Notes: generated from the sequence alone by a model not told the origin. Positions 1 to 13,587 are shown, counted from the first letter of the stretch. The stretch is DNA of 64,000 nucleotides from Octopus sinensis (GCF_006345805.1 NC_042997.1:188046001-188110000), one strand, 5' to 3'. Numbers and translations: made by a program.

Positions 1-223
1 CCAGCATCGGTTGTCAAGCAATGGTGGGGGGGACAAACACAGACACACACACACATATATATATATATACATATATACGACAGGCTTTTTTCAGTTTCTG
101 TCTACCAAATCCACTCACAAGGCTATAGCAGAAGACACTTGCCCAAGGTGCCATGCAGTGGGACTGAACCTGGAAACATGTGGTTCATAAGCAAGCTACT
201 TACTGCACAGCCACTCCTACGCC
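1..223 (-). mobile_element. tRNA-derived SINE (family A, OK-like), cut by window start
   Basis: Reverse complement gives the head aggagtggctgtgcagtaagtagcttgc...ggttcagtcccac with Pol III A/B-box-like motifs; same sequence recurs at least 9 times in the window. Confidence 0.85.
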
Positions 224-615
224 AAATATAATTTCTGAGAAAAGGGATGATGGTCATGACTAGAATACCTTTGATCATAATACTGACCTCTGATTGAACA
301 ACAATAAAAAGCTAACCCACAGTTTGCAGTGATAAACTGTGGTCACCAATGGGATCTATTGTTGCTGCTATTGTTTAACCTAAGTCAATCCTAATCAAGC
401 AGACCTATAATCAGAGGCATTCCAGTCATGACCATTCCATCTTGTTAAGGATATCTAGGACAATATTACCTGATGCATCCTTCTTTTTTTTTTTATGGTC
501 TATAGGTTATGATTTAAGGAAGAAGTAGCTGGTATTTCTAGCAGGTCAAACAACCATGTTAAAGTAGATCTTCTTGGTAACTGTTCAGTGCTATTTGAAC
601 TGAACCATAGTGATA

Positions 616-1018
616 TACTCTCTCTCTTTTACTTGTTTCAGTCATTTGACTGTAGCCATGCTGGAGCACCGCCTTTAGTCAAGCAACTTGACCCCAGGAC
701 TTATTCTTTGTAAGCCTAGTACTTATTCTATCGGTCTCTTTTGCTGAACCGTTAAGTTACAGGGACGTAAACACACCAGCATCGGTTGTCAAGCAATGTT
801 GGGGTGAGAAACACAGACACACAAACATATACACACACACACATATATATATACATATATACAACAGGCTTCCTTCAGTTTCCGTCTACCAAATCCACTC
901 ACAAGGCTTTGGTCAGCCCGAGGTTATAATAGAAGATACTTGCCCAAGGTGCCACGCAGTGGGACTGAACCCGGAACCATGTGGTTTGTAAGCAAGCTAC
1001 TTACCACACAGCCACTCT
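616..1018 (-). mobile_element. tRNA-derived SINE family A, near full length
   Basis: Head at right end (A-box tggctgtgtgg, B-box ggttcagtcc on minus), central CA/TA microsatellite, tail ...gaaacaagtaaaaagagag. Confidence 0.88.
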
Positions 1019-1410
1019 TAAGTATGTTGCCAATGAGAGTGAACATGTTATTTCAGGACTCGAAACATCAATCTTTCAACAAGTAGCCTGGAACTTCATC
1101 ACTGGATCAACTGTAATCCTTATAATAACTACTAAATTCCATTTTCTTTCCTTGGAATATTTTTGCTGAACCGAGAATGAAGTGTGATACTCATCTGGTG
1201 CCTAAAAGGATGACTGTCTCAGAATTTATGACCTGCAAAGTAACCATATGATTTCTACTTTAGTTATATTAATGTATGCATCATCATCATCATCATTGTC
1301 AGTGTCATCATCATCATTATCATTTCTACATCTACCTTTCCATGCTTGCATAGATTAGATGAAAGTGCATTGGGCTAGAGTTTTCTATGATTGGGTACCT
1401 TTTCGACATC

Positions 1411-1605
1411 TATAGCAAGACACCTGTGCTTGTCTCTCCTCTCTCTATAGCAAGACACCTGTGCTTGTCTCTCCTCTCTCTAGAGCAAGACACCTGTGCT
1501 TGTCTCTCCTCTCTCTAGAGCAAGACACCTGTACTTGTCTCTCCTCTATAGCAAGACACCTGTGCTTTTCTCTCCTCTATAGCCAGACACCTGTGCTTGT
1601 CCCTC
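1411..1605. repeat. 31-35 bp minisatellite, about 6 units
   Basis: Tandem units tatagcaagacacctgtgcttgtctctcctctctc starting at 1411, 1446, 1481, 1516, 1547, 1578. Confidence 0.92.
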
Positions 1606-1995
1606 TGTCATACTTTAGACTCTTGAAACCTGGCATAAACCTATCTCACTTTGTCTTGTGAGTTACCTGGTGACCATTCTAGTGCTGGTGCCAAGGAAAA
1701 AGTACCCAGTACACTCTATAAAGTGACTGGCATTGGGAAGAGCATTTAGCTGTTGAAACCTTACCAAAACAGGTATTGGAGCTCAATGCAATCCTCCAAC
1801 TTATTGGATCTTCTCAAAATGTCCAACTCATACCAGCATGGACACTGGACATTAAATGATGATGATGTTGATGCTCATACAGAGAGTACATTTTTTTGTG
1901 GCACTACCACTAGTGAGGTCCCAAAATAACTTGCCAGACAAAGGAAAAGCCCCCTCAACCAAGTGGGATTTGTAGTACAGATGAAGGTGGTTTTA

Positions 1996-2450
1996 TACGA
2001 GGTGTTAGGAGTTAAGTTTGTATTTAGCAAAATCTTAAAATATCGTTATATTTTGGGATGGTCATTTTTTTTTTTGCCTTGCCAAATAAACACACGCACT
2101 ATATATTCATTGTTCACTCATTTATTATTGTTCTTATTTCATCTTATGTTCATTGTCTGCAATCTTTTGTCACACATCTGTGACTTCTTCAGCAACTCTT
2201 CAATCCACATGTTTTCTCCTGATCAAGCAAAAAAACCATCTGAAATATCACAATATCTGTTTCAACTCATGATTTCACATCAGAAATCTTCCAAAACAAA
2301 TTCATAAAATCTTTGAATGTTCTTTATATAGTGTGCAAATTGAATCCCTGTCTGTCTGCATGTTAAGACTGACATTCAATGTTGTGATTCCATAAAATAC
2401 ACTCCATTGGTACAAGAAGCCCAGGTACACATCTCTGATAGAATGAGTTG
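1996..2450 (-). mobile_element. possible decayed mariner 3' end
   Basis: tacgaggtgt TIR-like start at 1996; minus-strand translation IEELLKKSQMCDKR weakly resembles mariner C-termini. Confidence 0.3.
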
Positions 2451-3644
2451 GTACATATTATCACAGAGTAAAATAGAAGACAAAGATGAAGACAACAACA
2501 TAACATTAGTTTAACATTGGTTACAGTTGTTTCAGCAGCATACCACTTCAGACCACAAACAAATAATTAACTTTGTGATGAATTACACAAGGCTCCCATA
2601 AATTATGCAAAGCTGAAATAGCAGGGAGTGCCATCCTCTTCAGATGCCTATCAAACTCAGATATCACACATGATATCATTAATATTTAATGTGCTTTGAT
2701 GCAGAATGTATGTTTGTATGTATCAATCATCACTATCATCATTTTCATATATATATGTATGCGTGTGTATATATGTATGTGTATAAATGTGTGTGTGTAT
2801 ATATCCGGATATATGTATATGCATTTATGACCACATCATGATAGTTCTGGCATGGTGAACGCACCTAAAATGCATATCAGAAACAGCTGTAAGTCCACAA
2901 TGCACAAATAAATGTATAAAGCCCATTATTCATACCTTTTCTTTTATGTATGTATGTATGTATGTATGTATGTATGTATATATATATATATGTATGTATG
3001 TATATGTATAAATATGTATGTGTATGTATGTATGCATGTATGTATGTATAAATGTGTGTGTGTGTGTATGTATATGTATAAATATGTATGTGTATGTATG
3101 TATGTATATGTGTTATATATAGAAAGAGAATGTGAGGGAGAGAGAGAGAGAAAGGGGAGCAAAGAGAAAGAGAGAGATTTGCCTAGAGTTTACAGGCTCA
3201 CTATGCCAGAGCTTATCACAGTTTCCAAACAGTACAAGCATTGAGAGTATAAGACATGCCATGAACAAAGCAATTGTCTGCTGCAAGATTAATGACCATC
3301 AGCCACTGGTACTCATTTCAGGTTAGTAGGCTGGAGTCATGTGAAATGCAGCACTTTGCTGAAGGACAAACTACACTGCCTGGTCGAAAAATGAAATGGT
3401 TATCCTTATGGATAATACCCTAAATACTAGGTCATGTATGTTCACCCTCACCCTTCCCATACACACGCATGCGATGGGTATCCATCTACCAAATTTCACA
3501 TCTCAAAATATTAGTCGACTAAAGGTTATGAAAGAAGACTTTTATTCAAACTGCTGTGGCCATGGGAATAGATCAGGAATTCTAAAACTTCTTAACTTAC
3601 ACACAGACATGTCTGACAAACAAGATATCCTTCAAACTGCAACA

Positions 3645-3891
3645 TATATTCTGTTGTGTCTGGGGAGAGTCATTTTCTTTTTGTGCTTTATTATTTAACA
3701 CACTCACCAGTAAAATTTCCACGTTTTTCTTATTTTTATTGTCCTAAAATTTTCGTTGCGTCTTGCAACCTTTTCAATAGTTTTGACTATTTTAGGACAA
3801 TAAAAAAAAAAAAGGAGAAATTTTACCGGTGAGTGTGTTAAATAATAAGGCACAAAAAAGAAAATGACTCTCCCCAGACACAACAGAATAT
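3645..3891. mobile_element. palindromic MITE / fold-back element
   Basis: About 75-bp terminal inverted arms (tattctgttgtgtctggggagagtcattttc... / ...gaaaatgactctccccagacacaacagaata) plus inner inverted repeat ttttattgtcctaaaat / attttaggacaataaaa. Confidence 0.8.
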
Positions 3892-4949
3892 GCTTCAACA
3901 CACAAACTCATATAAAGAATCTTGCAAACCAAATCCAAAAACGAAATGCAATGTATATTAACATCAAGGAAACATTCGCCTTTAAGATTCTGCATACACA
4001 CACATCATCATCATCCTTTTATGTCCACTTTTAATGCTGAAATGGGTTAGATTGGTGATCCTAGTCTTATTCATCTGTTAGTGGGAGCCACTTGCTGCCA
4101 TAGGCTGGTATTCATACATGCCATTTGGTTTCTTCTTATGCCTAGATACCCTTCCTCTCACCAACCACTTTACAGAGTGTACTAGGTGCATTTTCTTGTG
4201 GTACAAAATCTAGAGAGTTTTACAGTCCTTGACATGACAGAACTATAGGGACCTTGTAGCGCTATGGTTTTTCTACTGATTTGTTAACCACTTTCTGTGT
4301 GCACAGGGTACTATAGCTATGGCACCAACACCAGGGACCACTCTAGTGCTGGTGCCAGGGAAAAAGTACCCAGTACACTCTATAAACAGTGATATAGTCC
4401 TAACAGTGATATGGTTTGACAGGTTTCCATCATGTCAACAGAGGAGCAGGGGCAAAAAAGGGTGCTTTGTATACAGGAAATGTGGGGAGCACTCAATAAC
4501 ACACACACACACACACAAAGTTTGTATTAAAATATAATAAAGATCTAACCCCTTGCTAAATGGATGGATAGAAGGAAAGGAAAACAACTATATAAGCAAG
4601 GGAAAAGAAATGAAACCACAAACTAGGATGGAACCTACTTGATTTATTTCTAAAAGTCAATGCCTTGAATGTCACACTACATTGCTAACGTTATCGTTTA
4701 CCAGCAAGACAACAATTTTTCAGGAGAAGCTGTCTCTTGCCACCCACCCCCATCCCTCCGCTCCACCTCCCTCCGGGGAAAGATGCTATTCTCCAATATT
4801 CAATTATATTTTGCATGTTTGCCGCTCTTGCTACTGTACTGCACCATTTTCAGCCACCACAACAGCCACACTAACTATGCACATTGCTGACAACAAAGAA
4901 TCTATGTTTCCGATGACAATTTTTGGACAGATTAGTTTTGAATGATGAA

Positions 4950-7200
4950 AGAATTTCTTCACTTTTCTCTTTCTATTTCGCTTACTTTCTTCTCTGCCTA
5001 TCTCTCTCTCTCCTACTCTCTGTCTCTCTCTCTCTCTGTCTTTCTCTATATTCTCTTTATCACAGATATCACTTTCTCACTGTCTTTTTCTCTCTCTCGT
5101 ATACACTATCCACTCACATCTCTTATACCTTAACGTATACACATTGCTCTCTCTCTCTCTTCCACTGTTCATATTCCTTCTTCCTTTCTCTTTCTCTCAC
5201 CTTTTCCTTACACACACACATATTCCACTGTTACCGCTCATTCACACTTACGCACATTCACAGCGTCTCACTCTCACGCGCGCGCCCCACTCAAACGCTG
5301 CTCTTCCTATTTCCTCTCTCTCTCTCTCTCTCTCTCTCACTCCACTCACTGCCTTCTTTCACACACGCACAGTAATCTCCCCACCTTTACACACATATAC
5401 GCTTGTAATCTCACAACCTTTACATACACACAGAAACACTAATGTCACCACCTTCACACACATACACTCTTACACACACATTCACTCACACGTATACACA
5501 CAATTGTTTTTAACCTTTCTTCCCTTTATTTTCCTTTTTTTTTCTTTCTATCTTTTGTTTTTTCTCGCTCTCTTCTTTGCTGTTTACATCTATATTTCTC
5601 ACTTTTACTTTGTTTTCTGTGTGTGTGTGTGTCTGTGTGTCTGTCAGCGCGTAGGAGCGTGTGTGCACACACACACACGCTTGTCTTTATCACTCTTTCT
5701 CTACTCATTAATGTGTGATTGTCTCGTTTCTCTCTTTCTGACTTCTCCCTCTGTTATCAATTATACTTCCTTCTCTTCCTTATTCTCTCTCTCTCTCTCT
5801 CTCACGCAAACGCATACACACACACATAAACAAACACACACGCAGGGACACACGCATCTTTGCAGCCATCCTTTTGTCTCTTACTACCTCCTCCTCCTCC
5901 CTTCTCTAGTGTCTTCCTTCTCTGTCACATTTCTCTTCATGTCGTTCTTCCAGCTCCCCGTTTACTCCCTCTCTTCATCATCATCACCATCACCACCACA
6001 ACAACACACACACGCACACGCACATCCATTCTCTTTCACTGCAAGCTTCTTTAGCCCTTCCTACTTGCTGCCTCTCACACTCACGCTTTCTATTCTCTCA
6101 CTCTTCCTGTTCTTATCTCTTCCCACTTTCTCTTCATTTCTCCCCCACAACCCTTATTCCTTTTCCCTTGAACAAACATCTCATTTCTTCTCTCTATCAT
6201 TTTGATTAGTATTTCCAAAGTGATATTTATTTTATTCTATTTCATTATTTTCTTTTATAGTTTCTTTACTTCTTTTCTCTAAAGACCAGAGTCTGTTACT
6301 GATACCTGAATATACTAAAATAACCTTTTGTGTAGAGATTAAGTAAACAGTCAGTAATGTATGCCAATATTTTATAGGCTCTTCCTGTCAAGTTTATCAC
6401 CATGGCCATCTACTATACATCTGTGAAATATTCTCAATTCCTACACTTCATCCCATACAGTTCCCACCAAAACTCAGTGTGAAAGACCCAACTTTCACTT
6501 TCTCTTTCATTTTGACCAGCTATTTTTCTTCTTGCTTTTTTTCTTAGTTTCTTTTACTTTCTCTTCTAACCACTCACTTACCTACCACACCTCACCATTA
6601 TTTCATCACTGCCAACATCATTGTTAATACTCCAGCGCCATCCCCCTGGCATTCCACCACCTTCACTTCCACTGCTATCATTGCTGCTCCATCCCCTAAC
6701 TCCACTACCACATATTTCCCCCACCACCAACACCAACATAATCTAAACTTCCTCACCACCACTATATATATACATATATACATAGATATAGATATATGTA
6801 TGCATGTATGTATGTATGTATCCATCCCCACCCCAGCACATCTAACTCCATAACCATCCCCACCCCCACCATATGGCATTCCTCCACCAGCACAATCTAA
6901 CTTCATCACCACACATTCATCCACCCCTCTTCCTCTCCTGCCGACAGCATCTAACTTCATAACCATCTTTACCGCCACACATCTTATCCCCAACAACATC
7001 ATCTGACTTCATTCACCCCCAACTCATCTCCACTTATTCCCTTCCCCCCTTTCTGCCCCCTCCCCCGTCCAACCCACACTATCTGCTTCCACCACCATCA
7101 CTTCTATCGCAAATACTATAATCACTATCACAACTACTTCCCACAACAACCACCACACTTTTCAAAAATTTTTTCCCCTTTCATTTCATCATGTAATTAT
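4950..7200. repeat. long pyrimidine-rich low-complexity tract (CT/CA/CAC repeats)
   Basis: Strong strand asymmetry with (CT)n, (CA)n and (CAC/CAT)n runs; generates the spurious 353-aa ORF. Confidence 0.85.
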
Positions 7201-8654
7201 TATTTTGTGTTTCTCTTAAATTTCAATTCCTCCTATCCAACTCTTCTCTGGCATTCTTTTCAATACACTTTACATTGATATTTACACCCCCATCCAAACC
7301 ACAAACATCCCCCAACCTATTTCACTGCCAGCCTTCCTATCTAGTAACTTTTGCTTTTTCTACATCAATTTGCCCACCATTTCCACCTCCAACTGCACCA
7401 TCTACACAGTAGTTCTTGTGCTATTTCTAAACCCTAAAACCTTCATCTAGTTGCTAACATTACTGTTAGACTGTAAATAGAAAATTGCAAAATAAAATAA
7501 ATAAGTAATAAAATAATATATTCAAAAAAATCAATTTATCATACAAATTTCTTCCATTTCTTCCACAGAAAACAGCAATTGTTGTAAATCATTAATATAA
7601 CAGGTTTGTCCTATATTCTTTTCCAATGATTTTTAAAAGTATAAAAAACAAACAATACAAAAATTAAACAAAACACACGCACACATGCATGCACGTTTGC
7701 ATGCATACACATACACACACACTCATAATCAAAAACAAAATAGTAAAAAAAATAAGGACCAAACAAGCAAATTGAATTGATCATGTGACAAAGGCCCTTG
7801 AGAGAAACTATACTGAAGTAGTTGAAATAAAGTATATTTCTTCATAATAGCTCAAGCTGATTAAAGTTCATTTTCTATTTCTAAAGAATTTAGATTAATA
7901 CTATTTGTGAAACTATTAAATGTAAATGTAAACAAAATGTATCCACCCACTTAACCTCATCATCATCATATACATATGCACGTGTATGTGCGTGTATATA
8001 TATATTCTTGACAATTTATTATTAACATTATCAAGTTTAATTTTCATGTGTATATTAAAATATTTTGCTCCTTTTGTTTTCTAATATAGTGTTGGAAGAG
8101 TAAAAAATGACTTCCTTTTCTATATTGCTGTTTCATATTTTGTAATACTTAATTTGTGTGTCTCTCTCTACACACTAGAGTTAATTTTAATTACTTTCTT
8201 TCAAGATTTGCTTAGTCAACTATATTATATGATTACCTGGTTAACTCACATTCTTTGCATCCTAAGATTTCGTTTCTACACCTGTCCACTTGTCTGAAGA
8301 AAAAACATTGATCAACTGACATTTAAGTCATGACAAACTTGTAGTCTTTTCTAGCATATTATATTCAGGATATGTTTAAACAGATATGTTTATCTGGTCT
8401 ATTTATAGATGCAACCATGGCTGTGTGGTTAAGAAGTTCACTGTATAACCATATTTCTTAGATTCAATCCCACTGTGTGGAACCTTGGGCAAGTGTTTTC
8501 TATAATAGCTTTGAGACAACCAATGTTTTGTGGGTGAGATTTAGTTGACAGAAACTGTACAGAAACCTATTATGTGACTGTGTGTGTGGAGTATGTATAA
8601 GTCTTTTCATGTATCTTCATATTCTCACCATTTTGGCAAAAACACAAACAGGAC

Positions 8655-8832
8655 ATACTGTTTGTGTACTCGTTTCCAACCCTCACCTTACTGATAGCAT
8701 CCCTGTACATGGCTTGTACAGCTCTCACTAACCATTTATCTATCCCTAGTTTCCGCATAGACCACCAGATAAGAGATCAAGGGACCCTGTCAAAGGCTTT
8801 CTCCATGTCAACAAAAGCCAAGTACAGAGTGG
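8655..8832 (-). pseudogene. internal fragment of RTE reverse transcriptase
   Basis: Minus translation MRKLGIDKWLVRAVQAMYRDAISKVRVGNEY matches the RTE ORF at 59177-60580. Confidence 0.9.
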
Positions 8833-8863
8833 TTTCATTGTGTGAAAATCAGTAGAATAAAAA

Positions 8864-9410
8864 GGTGTGGCTGTGTGGTAAGAAGTTTGCTTCCCAACCA
8901 CATGGTTCCAGGTTCAGATCCATTGTGTGGCACCTTGGACAAGTGTCTTCTACTATGGAAGCACTCCGTCGGTTATGACGACGAGGGTTCCGGTTGATCC
9001 GATCAACAGAACAGCCTGCTCGTGAAATTAATGTGTAAGTGGCTGAGCACTCCACAGACACGTGTACCCTTAATGCAGTTCTCGGGGATATTCAGCGTGA
9101 CACAGAGAGTGACAAGGCTGGCCCTTTGAAATACAGGCACAACAGAAACAGGAAGTAAGAGTGAGAGAAAGTTGTGGTGAAAGAGTACAGCAGGAATTAC
9201 CACCATCCCTGCCGGAGCCTTGTGGAGCTTTAGGTGTAAGTCTTCTACTATAGCCTCGGGCTGACCAAAGCTTTGTGGGTGGATTTGGTAGGTGGAAAGT
9301 GAAAGAAGCCTGGTTGTATGTGTGTGTGTGTTTTTAACCTCCATCACTGCTTGACAACTGGTGTTGGTATGTTTAAGTCACCATAACTTAGTAGTTCAGC
9401 AAAAGAGGCA
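8864..9410 (+). mobile_element. SINE family A copy interrupted by a 283-bp insertion
   Basis: Head aggtgtggctgtgtggtaag... at 8864, resumes at gtcttctactatagcctcgggc after the insert. Confidence 0.85.
8957..9239 (+). mobile_element. 283-bp structured retroposed element with 12-bp TSD
   Basis: gtcttctactat duplicated at 8945-8956 and 9240-9251; insert begins with stacked hairpins. Confidence 0.75.
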
Positions 9411-9444
9411 GAAAGATTAATTACCAGGCTTTAAAAACAAAAAG

Positions 9445-10212
9445 GCAGCAAGCTGGCAGAAACATTAGCATGCCGGATGAAATGCTTAGCGGTATTTTGT
9501 CTGTCACTACGTTCTAAGTTCAAATTCCGCCGAGGTTGACTTTGCCGTTCATCCTTTCAGGGTCGATTAAATAAGTATGGGTCATGCACTAGGGTCGATA
9601 TAATCGACTTAATCCGTTTGCCTGTCCTTGTTTGTCCTCTCTGTGTTTAGCCCCTTCATTATCATCATCATCATCGTTTAACGTCCGTTCTCCATGCTAG
9701 CATGGGTTGGATGGTTCGACCGGGGATCTGGGAAGCCAGAAGGCTGCACCAGGCTCCAGTCTTATCTGGCAATGTTTCTACAGCTGGATGCCCTTCCTAA
9801 CGCCAACCACTCCGTGAGTGTAGTGGGTGCTTTTTACGTGCCACCTGCACAGGTGCCAGGCGAGGCTGGCAACGGCCACATTCGGATTGGTGTATTTTAT
9901 GTGCCACCGGCACGGAAGCCAGTGGAGGCGGCGCTGGCATCGGCCACGAGTCGGATAGTGCTCTTTACGTACCACCAGACCAGGGATCCTGGCTGGTTCA
10001 ATTCGATTTTGATTTCGCTTTCGCTTGCCCCAACATGTCTTCGCAAGCAAAGGGGGTTGGCATGGGTGCCTGTCATCGGATGAGGTTCTATATCGACTTC
10101 GCTTGCTTCAACAGGTCTTTGTGTCCAAGGGAGGAAAGGCATTCATAAGTGGGCTGGGCTCACTTGTCCTGCCTGGTCTTCTCACTACCCTTGTGGGTAG
10201 TAAAGAAATAAG
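9445..10212 (+). mobile_element. second tRNA-derived SINE (family B) split by an RTE 3' tail insertion
   Basis: ggcagcaagctggcagaaacattagc...gttcaaattcc (B-box) to ttagcccctt, resuming cccttgtgggtagtaaagaaata at about 10186; uninterrupted copy at 11141-11360. Confidence 0.8.
9657..10185 (-). mobile_element. 5'-truncated RTE 3'UTR/tail copy
   Basis: (cat)n tail plus cgtttaacgtccgttctccatgctagcatgggtt, the shared RTE terminus. Confidence 0.85.
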
Positions 10213-11140
10213 CTTTAAAAACAAATACTGGGATCAATTTGTTTGACTTAAAATTTGTTCAAGGCAGTGCCCCAACACGGTCACAATCAAATAACTGAAA
10301 GACAAAGATAAAAGATACTTGAAAAACAAGTGTTGGTGTCAAGAAGGACACCCAGTGTAAGAATACAGCCTCAGTAAGTCTCATCCAAATTCTACCAGTA
10401 TTCTAACAGCTATGACAATGATAATGATGATTTATCCATTTTTAAGATACTGGGCTATATTTGGGGAATATTTTGAAGTTTCTAGCACTAAGTACCAACA
10501 CAACAAAACAAAAATGGGAAAATTAAAAGACCACCAGGACGTGTGAGAGGCATATTTTGTTGCCACACCAAACTTCAACAATCACAGACCTGCCACTACA
10601 GGAAAACCAATACTCACCTCCAAACATGTAGATACATACATGACACCCCAGAACATAACTACAACAGCAATGAGGCAAATTTTTGCAAGGCCATCTGACC
10701 TGCCATAAATAGTAACCAAATCTCCTTGAAGAGAAACCCTACTATTTTAAAAAAGGAGACATTGTCATAATGTAGACAGGTTTTTTTGCACATGGGAAAA
10801 AGTTGAGATTGTCATTGCTTTAATATCTTTGATTACAGGTATGCATGTTAAGGGCTGACCAAGGGCTAAATGGAAATTTTGTGGGAGGGGGAAAATCAAT
10901 TACATCAACCCCAGTGCCTAACTGGTGCCTATTTCACCAGCACTGAAAGGATGAAAGGCAAACTGACTTTGGCAAAATTTGAATTCAGAATGTAAAACCA
11001 GAAGAAATACTGCTAAGAATTTTTCCAACATGCTAATACTTCTGCTAGTTGTCTGCCTTCAAATGCTACTAATAATGATTTCAAATTTTGGCACAAGGCC
11101 AGTAATTTTGAGAGAGGAGATAAGTTGATTATATTGACCC

Positions 11141-11360
11141 CGGCGAGCTGGCAGAAACGTTAGCATGCCGGGTGAAATTCGTAGCCGTATTTCGTCTGTC
11201 GTTGCGTTCCGAGTTCAAATTCCGCCGAGGTTGACTTTGCCTTTCATCCTTTCGGGGTCGATAAATTAAGTACCAGTTACGCACTGGGGTCAATGTAATT
11301 GACTTAATCCCTTTGTCTGTCCCCTCTGTGTTTAGCCCTTTGTGGGTAGTAAAGAAATAT
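11141..11360 (+). mobile_element. tRNA-derived SINE family B (further minus copies at about 10880-11060 and 11365-11520, plus copy 12425-12610)
   Basis: ggcgagctggcagaaacgttagc head, gagttcaaattcc B-box, tail gtagtaaagaaata. Confidence 0.85.
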
Positions 11361-12315
11361 ATATTGACCCCAGTTTTCAACTGGTAATTATTTCATCAAC
11401 CCCTGAAGGATGACAAGCAAAGTCTACCTTGGTGGAATTTGAACTCAGAATGTAAAGACAGCTGAAATGCCGCTAAGCATTTTGCCTGCTGTGCTAACAA
11501 TTCTGCCAGCTTGCCTCCTTCACACAATACAAATAATAAGAACAGTTGAACAATAACTGCTGTATTCTGAATAAGTCCACTTTGCCAGCTTCCACTGTGG
11601 TCACCACAAAAACCTATGGCTGTAAGAAGTTGACTGCACAATAGAGAAAGTAGAATATGTCCAGATTCTGATAAACCAGCATCAGATTGTGCAGTTTACT
11701 CTTTAGCTAAGTTGAGACATGGTATAAATAAGAAGCTGGATCTATGGGTCATAATTTGTTGTTAGCCTGAGTATATGCATACCTTACAGCTACTCACTGT
11801 GGCCGTGCACAACAACTACAACGCATCTACTTTCTAATCATTTCATCAGTTCCTTCTTTGTCACTTTTCCTGTCGTACAAGTTTAATAATCTAATAACAC
11901 AAACATATAAGCATTTCTCTGAATTAGACACTCACACATACACATCTCTTTCTCCCTTTCTCTTTGTATACATACATATATGTGTGTATGTATGTGTGTA
12001 TCTCAATTTATCTGACTCTGTCTCTCACTCTATATATATAGAGAGAGAGATTTTCATTTTTAACATCCACTTTTCTATGCTTGCATGGGTCAGATGTGAC
12101 TTCGATGTAAACTTCTCTATGACCAGACACTCTTCCTGTTGCCAATCTTCACTTGTTTCCAAGCAAAACAATATTCCCCCTAATATTTCAATGAACAGCC
12201 TGGACATATTTTCATGGGAAACTGCATATAGATGTCACCATTTGTCTACAAACAGTGATTCTTTGTTGACAGTCAGTGGTCACATTTCAAGACAGATGAT
12301 GATGATGATTATCAT

Positions 12316-12316
<1 letters not shown>

Positions 12317-12398
<82 letters not shown>

Positions 12399-12410
12399 TT
12401 ATTATTATTA
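12317..12410. repeat. (TAC)n/(TAT)n microsatellite
   Basis: Direct inspection. Confidence 0.95.
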
Positions 12411-12719
12411 TTTTCAAGGCCATGAGCTGCCAGAATCATTAGCATGCCAGGCAAAATGCTTAGCAGTATTCCATCTGTCTTTACATGTTCTGAGTTCAAA
12501 TTCTGCTGAGGTTAACTTTGCCTTTCATCCTTTCAGGGTCAATAAATTGAGTACCAGTAAAACAATGGGGTTGATGTAATTGACTATCCCCCTCCCCAAA
12601 TTTCAGGCCTTTACTAGAAAGGATTATTATTATCACCATTATCATTATTATCATTAGTTCATCTATCATTTTCAACAATGACCTAGGACATCACATGAGA
12701 GAAGATGGGATATGGTGTG

Positions 12720-13170
12720 TCTGGCTGTGGCTGGTCAGTCCAATGCATGCTCAGAAGGCTCTACCACAGGTCAGACATTGGTGGTCTGCTGGAACTGAAG
12801 GCTCTGGATTTGCACAGTTCATGTTTTCTTTATGCCCCTGCAATCCTGTTCTGTTTGTAGGAGGTGGCACCTCTGTTGGTGCAGCCTTGTGCTTGCATTT
12901 CCCCAGGGTCGGGGTTGATCTCAAAGTTCTTCAAAGAGGCTTTGTGTGTATCCTTGAAGCACTTTTTCTGTCCACTTTATGTCTGCTTGCCTTCTATCAG
13001 TTTGCTGTAAAACAGTCTCTTGTGGAGACATTGGTGAGGCATTCAGACAAGGTGGCCAGCCCATCTGACTTGCACTCTCCTCAGCAGCGAGTAGATGTTT
13101 AGCAGATCAGTTCAAGAAAAGACCTCCATTTCTGGGACCTGACCTTGCCAGGTGATTTTCAACAACTTCC
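12720..13170 (-). pseudogene. RTE-BovB-like LINE C-terminal remnant
   Basis: Minus translation FKDTHKASLKNFEINPD...GATSYKQNRIAGA*RKHELCKSRA resembles BovB-type ORF ends. Confidence 0.7.
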
Positions 13171-13459
13171 TCAGGCAGTACATGCAGAAGCAGTTTAGCT
13201 TTTTGGCATGGTGTTCATAATACATTCCCAGGCTTACACACATAAAAGAACCCACATGAACACATACAAGAGGCTTCCTCCAGTTTCCATTGACCAAATT
13301 TCACTCATAAAATATTGGTGGACTTGCAACTGTAGTAGAGGACACAAAACAAACATGAACACATATAATTATATCTATTTATCTCTCTATCTGTATATAT
13401 GTTAGGTACATTATATGCATACACACATACATACACACATATCTGTACATGTATGTGTG

Positions 13460-13556
13460 TGTGAGCATTAAACTAATACATCTGTTTGTTATTTACACAC
13501 CCATCTTCATGTTTGTTTTTTGGTAAATTCTCGCTATATACATACATACATACGTA

Positions 13557-13587
<31 letters not shown>

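Noticed and set aside
5144-6205. 353-aa ORF and the many Y/I/C/V/H/T-rich ORFs (e.g. 26833-27292, 36159-36604, 38904-39430)
   Set aside because: Translations of CT/CA/TA microsatellites with no domain motifs
8957-9239. HDV-like or twister ribozyme call
   Set aside because: Could not place P3/L3/P1.1 or the conserved twister GUCCCAAGCC segment; kept only as an unexplained structured element
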